Below are positions 1 to 10,380 of a stretch of DNA of 64,000 nucleotides, one piece after another. The notes under the pieces are model-generated. The model saw nothing but the letters and a program-made list of their open reading frames with translations. It had not been told where the DNA came from and ran no database searches. The stretch's first letter is position 1. The number at the start of each line of letters is the position of its first letter. The stretch is from Candidatus Krumholzibacteriia bacterium (GTDB taxonomy: Bacteria; Krumholzibacteriota; Krumholzibacteriia; JAJRXK01): positions 128,001 to 192,000 of the forward strand of contig JBGPIA010000003.1 of NCBI GenBank assembly GCA_041484665.1, given 5' to 3'. A program made the translations under genes and the position numbers.

Positions 1-1
1 A

Positions 2-3000
2 CTCGCGCTTGACGCCGGGCACCGGCCGGTACCAGCGCGACAGGACACGCTGATGCGGCCACAGCCGGCGTTGGTTGGCGGCGTCGAACTCGGCGGGCAG
101 GCTCGCCCAATACCAGCCCTCGCGGCTCAGGTTGATCTCCTCGCTGTCGTCGGCCGACTCGAAGTCCTCCAGGTAGGCGTCGCCTTGCGTGTTGGGATTG
201 GGAACGGAGATCGCCACCTCGGCATCGAGATTGAGCGTGCTCTGCTCGTCGGTCTTGACCAAGGGGAGTAGATTGGCCAGCGCCGTCAGGATGTTGGGAT
301 TGAAGCGCATCTTCGCGCCCAGGTTGCCGACCCAGGTGCGCGTGGGCTCTTCGCCCAGCCGCGGCTTGCGGCTCGGGCTGGGTCGGCTTTGCAAGAGCCA
401 GGTCGTGCTGAGGCTCTTGTTGAGCCCCAGGTCGTACTGCAGGTTGACCCCGTGCAAGCTGCTGCGCCCTCCGGCGAACAGCGGGTCGACCTCGTAGCTC
501 ACCTGGATGTTGCTCTGGGCATTGAGGCGCCGGGCGGCTTCCTTGAGGGTGATCTCGCCGGCGAAGTAGTCGATGTCGTAGTCGACCCCGCGCTGCAGCG
601 CCACGCCGTCGAGGGTAACCTGCTCGCTGCCTTCCTTGATGTTGAAGGCGTTGAGGCGGAAGCGGCTGCTGGTGGAGGTGTGCTTGGCGACGATGTTGAA
701 GTGCGTGTCCCCCGACTTGGGGTCTTCCCCGGTGTAGATGTCAGTGTACAGGCGCCGCGGGCGCCAGACGGACGGCAGCGTGTAGCCCGGTACCCCGGAG
801 AAGAACGCCAACGCGGCATCGCTGGCGTCGAAGGGCTTGAAGACGGGGAACTGCAACGTCCCGCGCGCGAAGTCCACCAGGCCAGCGTTGAGATCGATGC
901 GATCGTCGTGCCCTGCGGCGCCGCCGGCCTGCTCGTTGACCTGGTCCAGTCCGAAGATCCGCAGCCACGGGATCGCCGGGGTGATGTGGGTGTCGAGGTC
1001 GGGATTATTGGGCTCGTTCACGAGTTGGATGGACACCTGCAGCGACGACTTGTCGATGTCGACCCCGCGCAGGTCATAGAAGTTGCGGAACGGGTACTCC
1101 CAGGTCAGGTCCAGGCTGCCCCAGCGCCGTAGGGTCGTATCCGAGGTCGGCTTGGACTCCGAGGCGGGCTTGATGAGCTTGAACAGGTAAGCGCTGAGAG
1201 GCTGCCCGGTGGCGGGGTCCTTGAGGGTGACGGTCGGGGCGACCGGGTCGTTGGGTGAGCGGCCGACGCGGAAGACCGGGATCTTTCCCTGGGGCGTGAT
1301 CTGGTTGATGGTGTAGACGGTGGCCAGCGCTTCGGTGACATCCAGGCTGCGCTGCAGCACCACGCCGATCACCTGGTTGGTGCGCCCGTCGTGGAGAGGC
1401 TCCCACTCGTTCTCGGCCAGCTGCTTCCACTTCTCGCGCCGCACCAGCCCCGGGGCAAAGTTGTCCAGGACGGCCGGATCGAAGGGCACGCCGACCCTCT
1501 CCCAGCCCAGGCCCGTGGGGTCGGCGTACGCGAAGCCCGGAAACGTATCCAGGATGTCCGCGCCCGATCCAGCGGTGACGCTCACGAACAGCTGGATGCT
1601 GTTGGGGTCGATCTCGAAGCGCGTGGAGTCCCACGGCGCCAGATCGGGCGGAATCGACGCCTCGGGCGCCTCGCGCAGAGCCGGCTGGCTGGTGCCGGGA
1701 TCGGCCTGCAGGAACATCGGCCCGAACTGCCACGTGGTCAGACGGAAGTAGCGGTTCTTGATGTAGTCCGTCTCGGGGATGACCACCTCTTCCTCGGTCC
1801 CCCCCTGCTGGTTGAAGCTGGCGCGGCTCTGCTGGCTCTGCTCCTTGCTCGTCAGCGCCGTGAAGTGCAAGCCGCCGATCGCCCCCTCGATCTTGATGCC
1901 GAACAGGCCCCCGCGGCTGGTGCCTACGCCCAGCAGCGCCGAGCCGGGCAGCGTCACGTCGATGTCCCCGGCGCGGATGGTGCGGATGATGTCGTCCTCG
2001 TCCCCCTCGAAGGCGAGCTTGACCTGGGTCGACTGCGCGCCAATCGCCTCGCTGTCGTGGCTGACGCGCACCTTGATCTTCTCGCCGACGGTGCCGTCCA
2101 GCTCGACGCGCAGCTGCTGCTGCATCTCGAGGGTGGGGAAAAGGCTCTGGTGGCGTTGGACCTCGTTGCCCAGGAAGTCGCTGCGCACGTTCGACTCGCC
2201 CGCAATCGAGATGGTCTCGCTGCCGCTGATGCGGATGTTGGTGGACTCGCCGCGCCCGATCACGCGCTCGATGGTGCGGGGCAGCTTGATGGGGATCGTG
2301 AAGTTGATCTGGCCTCCCTCCTTCTCGGAGGCGGCTTTACGCTGGCGGAGCTGGTCGTCCCACTTGTCGTAGAAGGCGACCGTGCGCCACGTGCGCAGCC
2401 AGCCAGCGAACGAGTGCAAGCCCAGCTTGACCTGCGGATCGCCCAGCGGCCGCGGTGTGGGGAACGCCACCCCGACCACGTTCGTGTCGGGCGCGGTGTC
2501 GAACGCGAAGGCCTCGGGGAACCGGTAGATCGCGACCAGCCCGTGGTGGAGGTCGACCTCCAGGACCTCGACGGTGCGGGGCTCCACGAACAGCGGCAAG
2601 TGCGCGGCGTCGGCGATGGTGCGCCCGAACAGGGTGGCCAAGGTCGGCCGCTGCCGCTCACCGCTGGGATCGACCCCCATGTCCAGGAGCTTCTGGCGCA
2701 TCAGCGCTTCGCGCGCCGTGAGGGCGTCAGGATCGTCGGTCACCCGCGGGAGCAGGTCGAACATCCAGCGGTCCCGCGGATCGGACGCGCCGGCGAGGCT
2801 GGGCTCTGACGCGGGGATTTCGGCGATCCGCTGGACCGGTGCGGCCGCGGCAGTCGCAGCGATACTCTGGCTCAGCGCGGGCGGCGGAACCACGGCGAGG
2901 CTGTCCGTCGACGCGGGCGCGAGGGAGATGCTGTCAACCGGCGCGGGCGCAAGGGCGAGGCTGTCAATCGGCGCCGGCGCCGGAGCCACGGCGAGGCTGT

Positions 3001-3181
3001 CAACCGGCGCGGGCGCAAGGGCGGGGCTTTGCCCCAGCGCGGACACGGGAGCGCCGGCTCCGCCGATCAGGCAGGCCAGAAGGAGGGCGCTGCGGGCCAG
3101 CTGCCCGAAACCTCGTCGTCCCCGGTTGGGCACCGCACCCCCCGCGCGCGGCCTGGGCCGGAGCGGGCCGGCCTGGCGCAA
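2..3181 (-). CDS. sprA: SprA/Sov-family cell-surface protein (type IX secretion translocon), N-terminal ~1060 aa; runs off the window start
   Basis: Absent from the ORF track (open at the edge). Manual translation gives a signal peptide (RRGFGQLARSALLLACLIGG) and SprA-typical segments QVKLAFEGDEDDIIRTIRAGDIDVTLPGSALLGVG...GLFGIK and GSEQVTLDGVALQRGVDYDIDYFAGEI. TTG at 3181 has GGAGG upstream; GTG at 3133 is an alternative start. Confidence 0.88.
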   Translation of the reverse strand, partial: MRQAGPLRPRPRAGGAVPNRGRRGFGQLARSALLLACLIGGAGAPVSALGQSPALAPAPVDSLAVAPAPAPIDSLALAPAPVDSISLAPASTDSLAVVPPPALSQSIAATAAAAPVQRIAEIPASEPSLAGASDPRDRWMFDLLPRVTDDPDALTAREALMRQKLLDMGVDPSGERQRPTLATLFGRTIADAAHLPLFVEPRTVEVLEVDLHHGLVAIYRFPEAFAFDTAPDTNVVGVAFPTPRPLGDPQVKLGLHSFAGWLRTWRTVAFYDKWDDQLRQRKAASEKEGGQINFTIPIKLPRTIERVIGRGESTNIRISGSETISIAGESNVRSDFLGNEVQRHQSLFPTLEMQQQLRVELDGTVGEKIKVRVSHDSEAIGAQSTQVKLAFEGDEDDIIRTIRAGDIDVTLPGSALLGVGTSRGGLFGIKIEGAIGGLHFTALTSKEQSQQSRASFNQQGGTEEEVVIPETDYIKNRYFRLTTWQFGPMFLQADPGTSQPALREAPEASIPPDLAPWDSTRFEIDPNSIQLFVSVTAGSGADILDTFPGFAYADPTGLGWERVGVPFDPAVLDNFAPGLVRREKWKQLAENEWEPLHDGRTNQVIGVVLQRSLDVTEALATVYTINQITPQGKIPVFRVGRSPNDPVAPTVTLKDPATGQPLSAYLFKLIKPASESKPTSDTTLRRWGSLDLTWEYPFRNFYDLRGVDIDKSSLQVSIQLVNEPNNPDLDTHITPAIPWLRIFGLDQVNEQAGGAAGHDDRIDLNAGLVDFARGTLQFPVFKPFDASDAALAFFSGVPGYTLPSVWRPRRLYTDIYTGEDPKSGDTHFNIVAKHTSTSSRFRLNAFNIKEGSEQVTLDGVALQRGVDYDIDYFAGEITLKEAARRLNAQSNIQVSYEVDPLFAGGRSSLHGVNLQYDLGLNKSLSTTWLLQSRPSPSRKPRLGEEPTRTWVGNLGAKMRFNPNILTALANLLPLVKTDEQSTLNLDAEVAISVPNPNTQGDAYLEDFESADDSEEINLSREGWYWASLPAEFDAANQRRLWPHQRVLSRWYRPVPGVKRE
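2890..3022 (-). repeat. Four degenerate ~30-36 bp tandem repeats encoding (APAP)x-D-S-[LI] units in the SprA N-terminal linker
   Basis: Recurrent ggcgaggctgtca / ggcgcgggcgcaaggg on +; peptide APAPVDSLAV-APAPAPIDSLAL-APAPVDSISL-APASTDSLAV. Confidence 0.85.
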
Positions 3182-3281
3182 AGCGTCCCCTCCGGGAGAC
3201 ACCCCCTGCCCTCGTAAGGGGTCAGTGAAGCTACCGCAGGCGCCTGCGGCGATCCAGCGAATCGGCGGGCTACGTCCTGGC

Positions 3282-3310
3282 TCGACCGCGCGACGCGCGG
3301 AACCTATGCT
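3282..3310 (+). promoter_or_regulatory. Putative sigma-70 promoter for lptFG
   Basis: TCGACC-17 bp-TATGCT about 100 bp upstream of the ATG at 3412. Confidence 0.45.
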
Positions 3311-3411
3311 GTACCGGTGTTCCGCAACGAGCCTGCCCGGTCCCGCTGCTGGTGGCCGGCGGGGAGTCTCCGTCGGAGAGCCTTGGCCGCCGCGACCGTC
3401 CAATCCGCCGC

Positions 3412-4800
3412 ATGATCCTGATTTACAGGCATCTCCTCGGGACCTTCGTGCCGCCATTCTTCTTCGGCCTGTCGGTCACCACGTTCGTGCTGATGATCGA
3501 CGTGCTGTCGAAGTACATCGACCTGTTCCTCGAGAAGGGGATCCACGTGGGGCTGGCGACGGAGGTGCTCTTCCTGAGCCTTGGGCACACGTTTGCATTA
3601 TCCATTCCAATGGCCGTGCTGGTTGGCACGCTCATGTCCATCGGCTCGCTGGCCGCCGATCACGAGATCACCGCGCTGCGCGCCAACGGCGTGAGCCTCT
3701 ACCAGACGACGATGCCGCTCTTGGGCATGGGCACGCTGTTGTGCGCGCTGATGATCTTCTACAACCACTACGTGCTGCCCGAGAGCAACCACCGCCTCAC
3801 CAATCTGCTGATCGAGATCCACCAGCTACGCCCCACGCTGCGCGTGGAGCCCAACATGTTCGTCCGCATCGACGACCGCTACACCATCTTCGTGCGCGAG
3901 AAGAACGACCGGACGGGCGAGCTGCGCGGCGTGAAGCTCTACCAGGCGCGCGGCCGCGGCGACCGCTTCCCCGACGTGATCGTGGCACGCACTGGTGTGC
4001 TGCGCACGGTGGCGCCTGGCCGCATCGAGCTCGAGCTGCGCTCGGGTGAGATGCACAGCATGCCCGACACGCGCAACACTGCCACCTACCAGCGCACGGC
4101 ATTCTCGCGGCAGACCTTCAACATCGACCTGGGCCCCGAGGGGAGCGCCCGCTCGCGCGAGCAGCGCGGCCAGCGCGAGATGAACCTCTCGCATCTGGCG
4201 CACGGGCGCCGTGAGGAGCTGGGGCAGATGGAGGACGCGCAGCGCGAAGCGCGGACCGTGCTGCAGCGCGCTCTGCTGGCGCTGGGCTCCCTGCGCTCGC
4301 CGGCGCCGGTCGATCCTGCTGCTGGCGCTGGCCCCGGCGCCAGCGCTCCATTCGCAGCCTACCGCGATCTGGTGGCGGCGACCACCCGCGACGCGTCGGC
4401 CCTGGCGCTCAAGGCCCAGCTGGTTGATGCCCACCGCCTCAAGGCGAGCCAGTACGCCGTGGAGTACCACAAGAAGTTCGCCATACCGGTCGCGTGCATC
4501 GTGTTCGTTCTGCTGGGGGTGCCTTTGGGGGTGTCGACCGGGCGGGGCGGCCGGGGCGTCTCCACCGGGATCTCGCTCGCGGCGTTCCTCGTGTACTACC
4601 TCTTCCTGACCGGCGGAGAGAAACTCGCCGACCGCGGCCGCCTGTCGCCGTGGCTTTCCATGTGGATGGCCAACTTCGTGCTGGGGGGGCTGGGGGTCGC
4701 GCTGCTCATCCGCTCGGTGCGGGAGGTGCACGTGCTCCGCCTTTCGCGTCCCGCCTGGGTGCGCAGGATGTGGACGCACTGGCTGCGGCAGGGCGCATGA
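3412..4800 (+). CDS. lptF: LPS export ABC permease, LptF/LptG family
   Basis: N-terminal TMs, LAADHEITALRANGVS motif, periplasmic domain, YHKKFAIPVACIVFVLLGVPLG. Confidence 0.88.
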   Translation: MILIYRHLLGTFVPPFFFGLSVTTFVLMIDVLSKYIDLFLEKGIHVGLATEVLFLSLGHTFALSIPMAVLVGTLMSIGSLAADHEITALRANGVSLYQTTMPLLGMGTLLCALMIFYNHYVLPESNHRLTNLLIEIHQLRPTLRVEPNMFVRIDDRYTIFVREKNDRTGELRGVKLYQARGRGDRFPDVIVARTGVLRTVAPGRIELELRSGEMHSMPDTRNTATYQRTAFSRQTFNIDLGPEGSARSREQRGQREMNLSHLAHGRREELGQMEDAQREARTVLQRALLALGSLRSPAPVDPAAGAGPGASAPFAAYRDLVAATTRDASALALKAQLVDAHRLKASQYAVEYHKKFAIPVACIVFVLLGVPLGVSTGRGGRGVSTGISLAAFLVYYLFLTGGEKLADRGRLSPWLSMWMANFVLGGLGVALLIRSVREVHVLRLSRPAWVRRMWTHWLRQGA

Positions 4801-5873
4801 CGCTGCTCGACCGCTACGTGCTGCGGCTGTTCCTGCGCGTGCTGGGTTGGTCCCTGCTCGCCTTCACCTCCCTATTCGTGCTGGTCGACCTCTTCGACCA
4901 CCTCGACGACTTCCTCGACGACCACGCCACCACGCTCTCCATCGCCAAGTACTACGCGTTCCAGCTGCCGTGGGTCGTGGACCTCTGCCTGCCGGTCGGA
5001 ATGCTGTTGGCCAGCCTTTTCACCACCGGCTTGCTCTCGAAAAACCGCGAGTACATGGCGTCCTTGGCGGCGGGCGTGAGCCTGGCGCGACTGTCGCGCT
5101 GGGTGATCGTGCTGGGCGTGGCCATGACCGCGGGCACGTTCGTGTTCCGCGAGGAAATCGTCCCCGAGGCGAACCGCCTGCGCACCGAGGTCAAGCAATA
5201 CGAGATCGAGCACAAGCCGCGCGGCGACCTCAAGAGCAAGAGCGACTTCGCTCTGGTGGGCGAGAAGGGGCGCGTCTACGTCGTCTCGCGGTTCCGCCCC
5301 GCGCCGCCGACCCTCGACGGCCTGTCGATCCAGACCTTCGGCGACACGACCATGGTCGAGCGCATCGACGCCGCGCGAGCGACCTGGACCGGCGCCCACT
5401 GGACGCTCCACACCGGGACCATCCGGCGCTTCGGCCAGGCCGGCGAGACCGTGGAGCGGTTCGACAGCTACGATCTGAACGACGCGGCGGAGACCCCCGC
5501 GGATTTCTCGCGCCGGGAGGTCGAGCCCGAGGACATGGACTATCGGGAGCTGGCGTCCTTCGCCGGGTGGGTCGAGCACACCGGCGGCGACGCCACGCCG
5601 TACCGGGCGGCGCTGGCGAACAAGCTGAGCTTCCCCTGGGTGAACGTCATTCTGGTCGTGCTCGGCCTTTCGTTGGGGGCCGAGCGCCGCAAGACCACAG
5701 TCTGGGCGGGCTTCGGTCTGACCGTCGGCCTGGCGTTCGCCTATTACCTGTTGATGGACTTCGGGCTGGCACTGGGCAAGGGGGGGGCCCTTCCCGCTTG
5801 GCTCTCCGCCTGGGGGGGCAATCTGGTCTACGGCGCAGGCGCCTTGCTGCTCTTCCACCGGGCGAACCGCTGA
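4797..5873 (+). CDS. lptG: LPS export ABC permease, LptF/LptG family
   Basis: MTLLDRYVLRLFL start overlapping the upstream stop (ATGA); LSKNREYMASLAAGVS; KLSFPW; LPAWLSAW. Confidence 0.88.
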   Translation: MTLLDRYVLRLFLRVLGWSLLAFTSLFVLVDLFDHLDDFLDDHATTLSIAKYYAFQLPWVVDLCLPVGMLLASLFTTGLLSKNREYMASLAAGVSLARLSRWVIVLGVAMTAGTFVFREEIVPEANRLRTEVKQYEIEHKPRGDLKSKSDFALVGEKGRVYVVSRFRPAPPTLDGLSIQTFGDTTMVERIDAARATWTGAHWTLHTGTIRRFGQAGETVERFDSYDLNDAAETPADFSRREVEPEDMDYRELASFAGWVEHTGGDATPYRAALANKLSFPWVNVILVVLGLSLGAERRKTTVWAGFGLTVGLAFAYYLLMDFGLALGKGGALPAWLSAWGGNLVYGAGALLLFHRANR

Positions 5874-6061
5874 CGCTCTCCGCGTCGCCCGCCCGGGCTG
5901 GCCACGCGCGGTCGACCGTGACGGGTCGATTGCCCCTTGCCCGTCGATGGCGTGTGTTGATACTTTGATCCGCTGGCTGCCGCCGGTCGCTGCGAACTCC
6001 CTGTCGTCGCCGCGCCCGATCCGGTGGCCCGCCCCGACCCCACGGCGAGAGCTGATCCACC

Positions 6062-6775
6062 ATGAAGCGTCTGATCGAACTGCCGCGCCTGCGGCCCGCC
6101 TCCGTGGCCACCCTGCCCGCCGCCGCCTTGTGCGCGCTCTTGGGCGCTGGTTGCGGCAAGAACCTGGCCCCCCAGATCACCAGCCTGACCGCAAACCCCA
6201 CGTGCAGTCCGCTGTCCCCCTCGGGCCCGGGCGGCTACGTCGACGTCACCTTGTCCGCCCGCGCCACCGGCGGCAACCCCAAGAGCCAGCCCACCGGGGT
6301 CAACGCACCGTTGGACATGACGTGGGACTTCGGCGACGGCGGCACCGACCAGAACAAGTCGCTCGTCTTCCACCGCTACACGGCGAGCGGCACATACCAC
6401 GTGACGGTCACCGTCAAGGACAAGGACGGCGACGCCGACGAGCGCGGCGTTGACGTCCGCGTGCTCACCGCCGAGGAGGCGATCATCGCCCAGGCCACCA
6501 AGGACGAGGTGGTGACGGTTTCCAGCGGGGGCAGCGTGATCGGCTACGACGCCCATTTCTCGGCGACGGCCTCGTCCGCGTGCAATCTCTCCCCTCTGGA
6601 GACGCAGTTCCTCTACGAGTGGAACTTCGGGGACAATACGCCGCTGCAGCGCGGCGAGCAGGTGGTGCACCGCTACGCGGCCACCGGCGGTCCCTACAAC
6701 GTCACGATCAGCGTCACGATGCTGAACTCGGACTCCACCAAGCAGGTGGATCTGCCGGGCGTGGCGATCCCCTAG
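6062..6775 (+). CDS. Lipoprotein with two PKD domains
   Basis: Lipobox-like LLGAGC; TWDFGDGG...HRYTASGTYHVTVTV and EWNFGDN...HRYAATGGPYNVTISV. Confidence 0.8.
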   Translation: MKRLIELPRLRPASVATLPAAALCALLGAGCGKNLAPQITSLTANPTCSPLSPSGPGGYVDVTLSARATGGNPKSQPTGVNAPLDMTWDFGDGGTDQNKSLVFHRYTASGTYHVTVTVKDKDGDADERGVDVRVLTAEEAIIAQATKDEVVTVSSGGSVIGYDAHFSATASSACNLSPLETQFLYEWNFGDNTPLQRGEQVVHRYAATGGPYNVTISVTMLNSDSTKQVDLPGVAIP

Positions 6776-6919
6776 GGGTTTGCATCGCCAGAGCGGGGGC
6801 GCTCGCCGCAGAGTCGGGACTTGCGCCACGCAATGGGCGGGCGCCGCGCCGCGCGCCGCCGCTCACCTCTGCCCACTGCGCCAGCGTGACCTGATCCCGC
6901 GCGGCAGTGGTGGGCTGCG

Positions 6920-8083
6920 CTACATGCCCAGGAAGCGGCGCACCTCGTCGACGCGGCTCTTGCGCTCCCAGGTGAACTCGGGCTCCTCGCGCCCGAAATG
7001 GCCGTAGGCGGCGGTCTTGCGGTAGATCGGCCGTTTGAGGTCGAGCACCTTGATGATTCCCGCCGGGGTTAGATCCCACAGCTCGCGCGCGGCCTGGGTC
7101 AGCTTGGAATCGGAGACCTTCCCGGTGCCAAAGCTGTCCACCATGATCGACACGGGCTCTGCGACGCCGATCGCATAGGCGAGCTGCACCTCGAGCTGCT
7201 CGGCGGCGCCGGCAGCCACGAGATTCTTCGCCACGTGGCGCGCCGCGTAGCTCGCACTGCGGTCCACCTTGCTGGGGTCCTTGCCGGAGAAGGCACCGCC
7301 GCCGTGGCTGCCGACCCCGCCGTAGGTGTCCACGATGATCTTGCGGCCGGTGAGCCCGCAGTCGGCCTTGGGCCCCCCCTGCACGAAGCGTCCCGTGGGA
7401 TTGATCAGATAGCGGCAGTCCTTGTAGTCCAGCCCGGTCGCGTCCAGCACCGGCCGCACGACGTGCTCGATCATCTCGGCGCGGATCTGGTCGTGCTTGA
7501 CGTCAGGGTGGTGCTGCGTGGAGACCACCACCGTGTTCGCGCGCACTGGACGCTTGCCTTCGTATTCGATGGTGACCTGGGTCTTGCCGTCGGGACGCAG
7601 CCAGGTGACCTGCTTCTCCTTGCGCAGCCGCGACAGTCGCTGGGCCATCTTGTGGGCCAGCGCGATGGGCATGGGCATGAACTCGGGCGTCTCGGTGCAC
7701 GCGTAGCCGAACATGAGGCCCTGGTCGCCGGCGCCCTGCTGCTCGGGGGTCCCGCGATCCACGCCGATGGCGATGTCGGGGGATTGGGCGTCGATGGAGG
7801 TCAGCACCGCGCAGGTCTCGTAGTCGAAGCCGAACGTGGCGTCCGTGTAGCCGATCTCACGGATGATCGCGCGCGCGATCTCCGGGATCTCGACGTAGGT
7901 CTGCGTGGAGATCTCACCAGCGATCAGGGCCAGCCCGGTGGTGACCAGCGTCTCGCAGGCCACGTGGGATTGGGGATCGCCGCCGATGATGGCGTCCAGG
8001 ACGCCGTCGGAGATCTGATCGGCCACCTTGTCGGGGTGCCCCTCGGTCACCGACTCGGACGTGAACAGGTGCTTCTCGGCCAT
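6920..8083 (-). CDS. metK: S-adenosylmethionine synthetase
   Basis: [35 protein letters not shown]. Confidence 0.98.
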   Translation of the reverse strand: MAEKHLFTSESVTEGHPDKVADQISDGVLDAIIGGDPQSHVACETLVTTGLALIAGEISTQTYVEIPEIARAIIREIGYTDATFGFDYETCAVLTSIDAQSPDIAIGVDRGTPEQQGAGDQGLMFGYACTETPEFMPMPIALAHKMAQRLSRLRKEKQVTWLRPDGKTQVTIEYEGKRPVRANTVVVSTQHHPDVKHDQIRAEMIEHVVRPVLDATGLDYKDCRYLINPTGRFVQGGPKADCGLTGRKIIVDTYGGVGSHGGGAFSGKDPSKVDRSASYAARHVAKNLVAAGAAEQLEVQLAYAIGVAEPVSIMVDSFGTGKVSDSKLTQAARELWDLTPAGIIKVLDLKRPIYRKTAAYGHFGREEPEFTWERKSRVDEVRRFLGM

Positions 8084-8141
8084 CGTCTGTGGGCTCCTTG
8101 TTGGGTATGAGCGAGCGTTTCACGCTACCAGAAGGGTCGCG

Positions 8142-9119
8142 TCAATGCAATTCGGTGCGCGAGTAGTCGCCGACGTTGAGGCTGGCGCCGCGCCCCTGCA
8201 CCTCGGCGTAGGGGCCGATCAGGCTAGCCCGCAGCACCACGCCGTCGACCTGCGCCCCCTCGTTGACGATGCTGTCGGCGATCACGGCGTCCTTGATGAC
8301 GGCCCCCGGTCCGATCGTGACGTGGGGCCCGATCACGCACGAGCGCAGGCGCGCCGACGGATGGATCTCCACGGGTGCCTTGATCACCACCGACCCGTCC
8401 GCATGGATCCGCCCCTCCGGCCCCAGCAGGACCCGATTGGTCTCCAGCAGCGTCTCCGCCTCGCCGCAGTCGTGCCAGCCGTCGATCTCCTGCACCAGGA
8501 AGCGCTCGCCCCCCTCCAGCATGAGCTGGAGCGCGTCCGTCAGCTGGTACTCGCCCTTGGTGCGGATGCCCTCGCGGACGAGGCGGTCGAGGCAGGCGAA
8601 CAGCCGCGCGGACTCCTGGAAGGTGTACAGCCCGACGATGGCCAGGTTGCTGCGGGGCTGCTCGGGCTTTTCGACGAACCGGGTGACCACGCTCCCTTGG
8701 GTCTCCACCACGCCGAAGCGCCGCGGATCGTCCACCGGGCACACTGCGATCAAGTTATCCGGGCGGCGCACCATCGCCGCCAGGTCGGCCCGCACGATCG
8801 TATCGCCGAGGATCACCAAAGCCGGCCCTCCGCCCACCGCGTCGCGGCACAGGTGCACCGCATGCCCCAGTCCCAGGCGCTGGTCCTGCTCGACGAAGGT
8901 CACGCGCTTGTCGCCGTGGTCGCGGGCAACGAACTCGCGGATGCGGTCGCCGTGGTAACCGACCACGATCACGAACTCCTCGATGCCCGCGCCGTGGAGG
9001 CCATCGAGGATGTGCCCCAGGATGGGACGGCCTGCCACGAGCAGCATCGCCTTGGGGATGGTGAGGGTGTGGGGCCGCAGTCGCGTCCCAATTCCGGCGG
9101 CCGGTATGATTGCCTTCAT
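8142..9119 (-). CDS. Sugar-phosphate nucleotidyltransferase (glucose-1-P thymidylyltransferase-like, with C-terminal left-handed beta-helix)
   Basis: MKAIIPAAGIGTRLRPHT...PK, GEYQLTDAL, hexapeptide tail; start taken at ATG 9119. Confidence 0.9.
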   Translation of the reverse strand: MKAIIPAAGIGTRLRPHTLTIPKAMLLVAGRPILGHILDGLHGAGIEEFVIVVGYHGDRIREFVARDHGDKRVTFVEQDQRLGLGHAVHLCRDAVGGGPALVILGDTIVRADLAAMVRRPDNLIAVCPVDDPRRFGVVETQGSVVTRFVEKPEQPRSNLAIVGLYTFQESARLFACLDRLVREGIRTKGEYQLTDALQLMLEGGERFLVQEIDGWHDCGEAETLLETNRVLLGPEGRIHADGSVVIKAPVEIHPSARLRSCVIGPHVTIGPGAVIKDAVIADSIVNEGAQVDGVVLRASLIGPYAEVQGRGASLNVGDYSRTELH

Positions 9120-9237
9120 GGTACCTGCACTCCTGGATCCAGAGTCCGCGCTCCCGCGCGCGCCCGCGTGAGCGCCGGGCTCACGCTGGGTCGCCGCGCC
9201 CGCGCCCGTCCGGTGCGCTCGCGCCCGACCGCAGAGA

Positions 9238-10287
9238 TCACAGCTGATCCGCGAGCCTCTGCTTGAGGCGCTCGATGGGCTCGACGGGCATGGGGTCGAC
9301 GCCATACTCGGCGGCCAGATACACCGACAGATAGTCTCCCAGCTGCACCAGGCTCAGGGCCCGCGCCGTGGGTCCCTGCCCCCTGCTCTCGAAGCTCTCC
9401 CAACCCCGTACGCGCTCACCGAGAACCTCGCGGGTGAGCGTGAATCGGCGCTGGATGCGCGGGTGATCCTGGCGATCGCGCAGGGCCACCACGAACAGGT
9501 CCTCGCGCAGTCGCACCGCCGAGTCCCATCCGACGATCTCGTTGTGATCGAGCTCGGGGAGCACGCCGACGTAGGCCATGGCCTTCGCATTCTCGTTGAT
9601 CTGCGTCTTCCACCGCCACGCCACGGCCTCGGTCAGTCCGGCCGCGGCGTAGAGCAGGGGTAGCTTGCCGTAGAGCCGCCGCGCGAGCTGGCGCGCCGGG
9701 TTCTCCGAGACGGGTGCCTGCGGCCCGTACTCGTCGTTGCCTGTGCGCAGCACCGCCGCGGCCTCTTCGATCTGGGCGTCCACGTCTCGGGCGATGCCGC
9801 AGCATTCCAGCAGCCGGAACAGCGCACCCACGCCCAGGCCCAGGCTGGCGCGCGGTGGCAGTCCCTCGGGCAGCAGCACCACCGGGATGCCGTCGCGGCG
9901 GGCGCGCTGCGCCAGCTCCCCTCCCGAGCAGATCGCCACCCGGCGGGCGGTCAGCGGCCCCGCGCCGTCCTGGTCGTACGCCGCGAGGGTCTCCTCGGTG
10001 TTGCCGGAATAGCTGCTGAACACCAGCAGGGTCGAGGCGCCGATCGCTCCCGGCAACCGGTAGGTGCGGCACACGTCGATCGCGGCCGGCGCCTCACGGA
10101 AGACGCCACGCGCCAGCTCGGCCGCCGCCGCGCTGCCCCCCATGCCGCACACCACGACGCGCTCGACCCCCACGAGCTGTGGCAGCTCCGCGGCCAGCCG
10201 CAGCCCATGGGCCAACTGGTCTGGAAGCTGCGCCACCAGCTCCAGCATCGGGCTTGCTTGGCCCCCCGGCTTGCTCGTGGCGGACAT
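9238..10287 (-). CDS. Bifunctional phosphoglucose/phosphomannose isomerase (SIS domain)
   Basis: GMGGSA, SYSGNTEET, RWKTQINENAK, PELDHNEI. Confidence 0.92.
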   Translation of the reverse strand: MSATSKPGGQASPMLELVAQLPDQLAHGLRLAAELPQLVGVERVVVCGMGGSAAAAELARGVFREAPAAIDVCRTYRLPGAIGASTLLVFSSYSGNTEETLAAYDQDGAGPLTARRVAICSGGELAQRARRDGIPVVLLPEGLPPRASLGLGVGALFRLLECCGIARDVDAQIEEAAAVLRTGNDEYGPQAPVSENPARQLARRLYGKLPLLYAAAGLTEAVAWRWKTQINENAKAMAYVGVLPELDHNEIVGWDSAVRLREDLFVVALRDRQDHPRIQRRFTLTREVLGERVRGWESFESRGQGPTARALSLVQLGDYLSVYLAAEYGVDPMPVEPIERLKQRLADQL

Positions 10288-10380
10288 CGCCCGTCCTCCT
10301 CTGCTGCCTCTGCCACCTCGGCGGCTGGTTCCGCCGTCTCGCCCGGCGGCTGCGCTGGCTCGGCTCGCGCCCCTGCCGCT

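Noticed and set aside
2890..3022. Tandem repeats as a CRISPR array
   Set aside because: In-frame degenerate coding repeats without unique spacers; no cas genes
8084..8141. SAM riboswitch upstream of metK
   Set aside because: The gap is only ~58 bp and is occupied by promoter and SD-like elements; no SAM-I core seen
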